Source of the DNA: Magnetococcales bacterium
GTDB lineage: Bacteria > Pseudomonadota > Magnetococcia > Magnetococcales > JADGCH01
NCBI GenBank assembly: GCA_015228995.1
Contig: JADGCM010000001.1
Location: forward strand, 1-46,469
DNA length: 46,469 nt
Reading direction: 5' to 3'
Part shown: piece after piece, positions 45,119-46,469 of the stretch
How positions within the stretch are numbered: the first letter of the stretch is position 1
Layout: the number at the start of each line of letters is the position of its first letter
Notes under the pieces: model-generated
Database searches by the model: none
What the model saw: the letters and a program-made list of their open reading frames with translations, nothing else
Told to the model about the DNA's origin: nothing
Made by a program: the position numbers and the translations under genes

Positions 45119-45547
45119 ATGACCTTGAGAGAGAGGTTGCGCACTGAAGAAAATTTATCTAATTTATTCAAATATTTTATGGATAACTTGGCCGAAGACC
45201 CGGAATTTCGCACCTCTTGTGAGTTAACCGAGTTTGATATGCTGTTTGAGGTGATGAGTGCCACCGTACAGGAGCGCATCGGCAAGCAGAAACTCAATAA
45301 GAGTCAATATTTGGCATTGAAACTACCGGAGGATCCCAGCTTCTACCATGCTGTTTGCGGCAAGACGTTTGCGCTGGTGGTCATGGCCTTCTACTTCGAA
45401 GATCTTGGTATGGGGCTGATCGCTTGTAGTGGCAGTGCCGTCAAACCAAGGGGACAGATGATATATGGTCGGTTCACCACCATCAAGACCACCGTGCCCA
45501 AGGATCGACTGTCGATCACTCCAGACCAGTCGCGGCGGTTGCATTAG
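45119..45547 (+). CDS. Hypothetical protein (142 aa from the ATG at 45119; a GTG at 45080 would extend it through a G9 tract)
   Basis: Open frame with no family recognised. Convergent with the SNF2 gene. Confidence 0.45.
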   Translation: MTLRERLRTEENLSNLFKYFMDNLAEDPEFRTSCELTEFDMLFEVMSATVQERIGKQKLNKSQYLALKLPEDPSFYHAVCGKTFALVVMAFYFEDLGMGLIACSGSAVKPRGQMIYGRFTTIKTTVPKDRLSITPDQSRRLH

Positions 45548-45554
45548 GGGTCTG

Positions 45555-46469
45555 TTAATCGATCTGACGCATCAGCGCCAGTAGGTCATCAACAGTGACG
45601 CGGGCGCTGACATCACTACCGTCCAACAGGCTGTCGGCTAGGTCGCGTTTGGTCTGGTGCAGGGCGACGATTTTCTCCTCAATGGTCTGCTTGGTTACCA
45701 AACGATAGATGGTCACCGGCCGCTGTTGGCCGATGCGGTGGGCACGGTCCGAGGCTTGGTCTTCTACCGCTGGGTTCCACCACGGGTCCATGTGGATAAC
45801 ATAGTCTGCCGCTGTCAAATTAAGTCCGGTCCCGCCCGCTTTCAGGCTAATGAGGAACAGATCCCCCTCACCAGACTGAAAGGCTGCGACACGCTCTTTG
45901 CGTTCTTTGGCCGAGGTGCTGCCGTCTAGATACTGGTAAGAGACCGAATGTTGATCAAGATAACCGCGGATAATGGTCAAATGATCGACAAACTGACTGA
46001 ACACCAGTGCTTTGTGGTGGTTGCTTAATAGTTCAGAGACGATATCCCCAAACAACTCCAATTTGGCACTTCCTAAAGTGCTATCCGGTACCACCAAACG
46101 ACTGTTGCAGCAAAAGCGCCGCAGCTTCATGATTTCAGCCAATACCTTTAGGCGATGCACTTCGGTTGGCCCCTGCAACGATTCTAATTGACGCAGCGCA
46201 TTCTGACGCAACACCTCATACATGGCCTTTTCTTCGGCACTGAGGTTCACTTCTAGTACAATCTCGGTACGTGGCGGTAATTCGCTCAATACATGGCTTT
46301 TGAGACGCCGCAGGACAAAGGGTTGAATTAGTTTCTTGAGACGCTGTGCCGCCGCTTTGTCTTGGTATTTCTCAATCGGTGTCGCATACTCACTATTGAA
46401 ACGTTCCTGAGAACCCAATAGACCCGGGTTGATAAACCGAAATAGATTCCACAATTCCGATAGGCGATT
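45555..46469 (-). CDS. SNF2-family DEAD/DEAH helicase, C-terminal part (N-terminus outside the window)
   Basis: End of the SNF2_N region (…LKKLIQPFVLRRLK…) and Helicase_C motifs (ALVFSQF, LISLKAGGTGLNLTAA, DPWWNPAVEDQASDRAHRIGQ). The frame is open to the window edge. Confidence 0.88.
   Translation of the reverse strand, partial: NRLSELWNLFRFINPGLLGSQERFNSEYATPIEKYQDKAAAQRLKKLIQPFVLRRLKSHVLSELPPRTEIVLEVNLSAEEKAMYEVLRQNALRQLESLQGPTEVHRLKVLAEIMKLRRFCCNSRLVVPDSTLGSAKLELFGDIVSELLSNHHKALVFSQFVDHLTIIRGYLDQHSVSYQYLDGSTSAKERKERVAAFQSGEGDLFLISLKAGGTGLNLTAADYVIHMDPWWNPAVEDQASDRAHRIGQQRPVTIYRLVTKQTIEEKIVALHQTKRDLADSLLDGSDVSARVTVDDLLALMRQID

Noticed and set aside
1-46469. tRNA, rRNA, CRISPR, transposase, integrase or prophage content
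   Set aside because: Intergenic regions are all about 310 nt or shorter and showed no cloverleaf-like or rRNA-like sequence. No ORF resembled a recombinase, a capsid or tail protein, or a Cas protein.

Overview
46.5-kb chromosomal segment from a Gram-negative, probably proteobacterial genome. I call about 40 protein-coding genes. I saw no rRNA, tRNA, CRISPR array, transposase or integrase. Layout: (1) 1-9518, plus strand, a tightly coupled envelope and housekeeping operon: cdsA(partial)-dxr-rseP-bamA-skp-fabZ-lpxA-lpxI-trmJ-rsmE. lpxD and lpxB are missing from their usual places. (2) 9486-12199, minus strand, maeB and a small secreted Trp-rich protein. (3) 12356-21823, the most interesting part: two divergent operons encoding two circularly permuted ATP-grasp ligases, two alpha-E domains, two transglutaminase-fold enzymes and a DUF2126 (glutamine-synthetase-like amidoligase) region. 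This is a conserved but experimentally uncharacterised predicted peptide-ligation or protein-tagging system, and it looks more A/T-rich than its flanks. (4) gloB, a 1226-aa MASE1/PAS hybrid histidine kinase, tadA, a Cys-rich secreted protein, an HD-domain (SAMHD1-like) phosphohydrolase, slt, ftsY and a cupin. (5) A frameshifted Sel1-repeat gene, then a family-4-like glycosyltransferase with no canonical start codon, an orphan lipoprotein and queG. (6) An arsR-acr3-gapdh-arsJ arsenic operon. (7) ychF, a cpYpsA/SLOG-like gene, acs, a hypothetical gene and a partial SNF2 helicase. Non-coding features: a 42-nt element repeated upstream of two unrelated minus-strand genes (39/42 identical, promoter-like); a cluster of four TCGATA motifs inside the ATP-grasp locus; a family of GEG-type palindromic (REP-like) hairpins, one of which is absorbed into the 3' end of trmJ; and a G9 homopolymer tract. 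Many junctions use overlapping stop/start codons with TTG or GTG starts (dxr, lpxI, fused ATP-grasp, slt, lipoprotein, queG). All calls rest on reading the translated ORFs and the DNA by eye. No database search was run.
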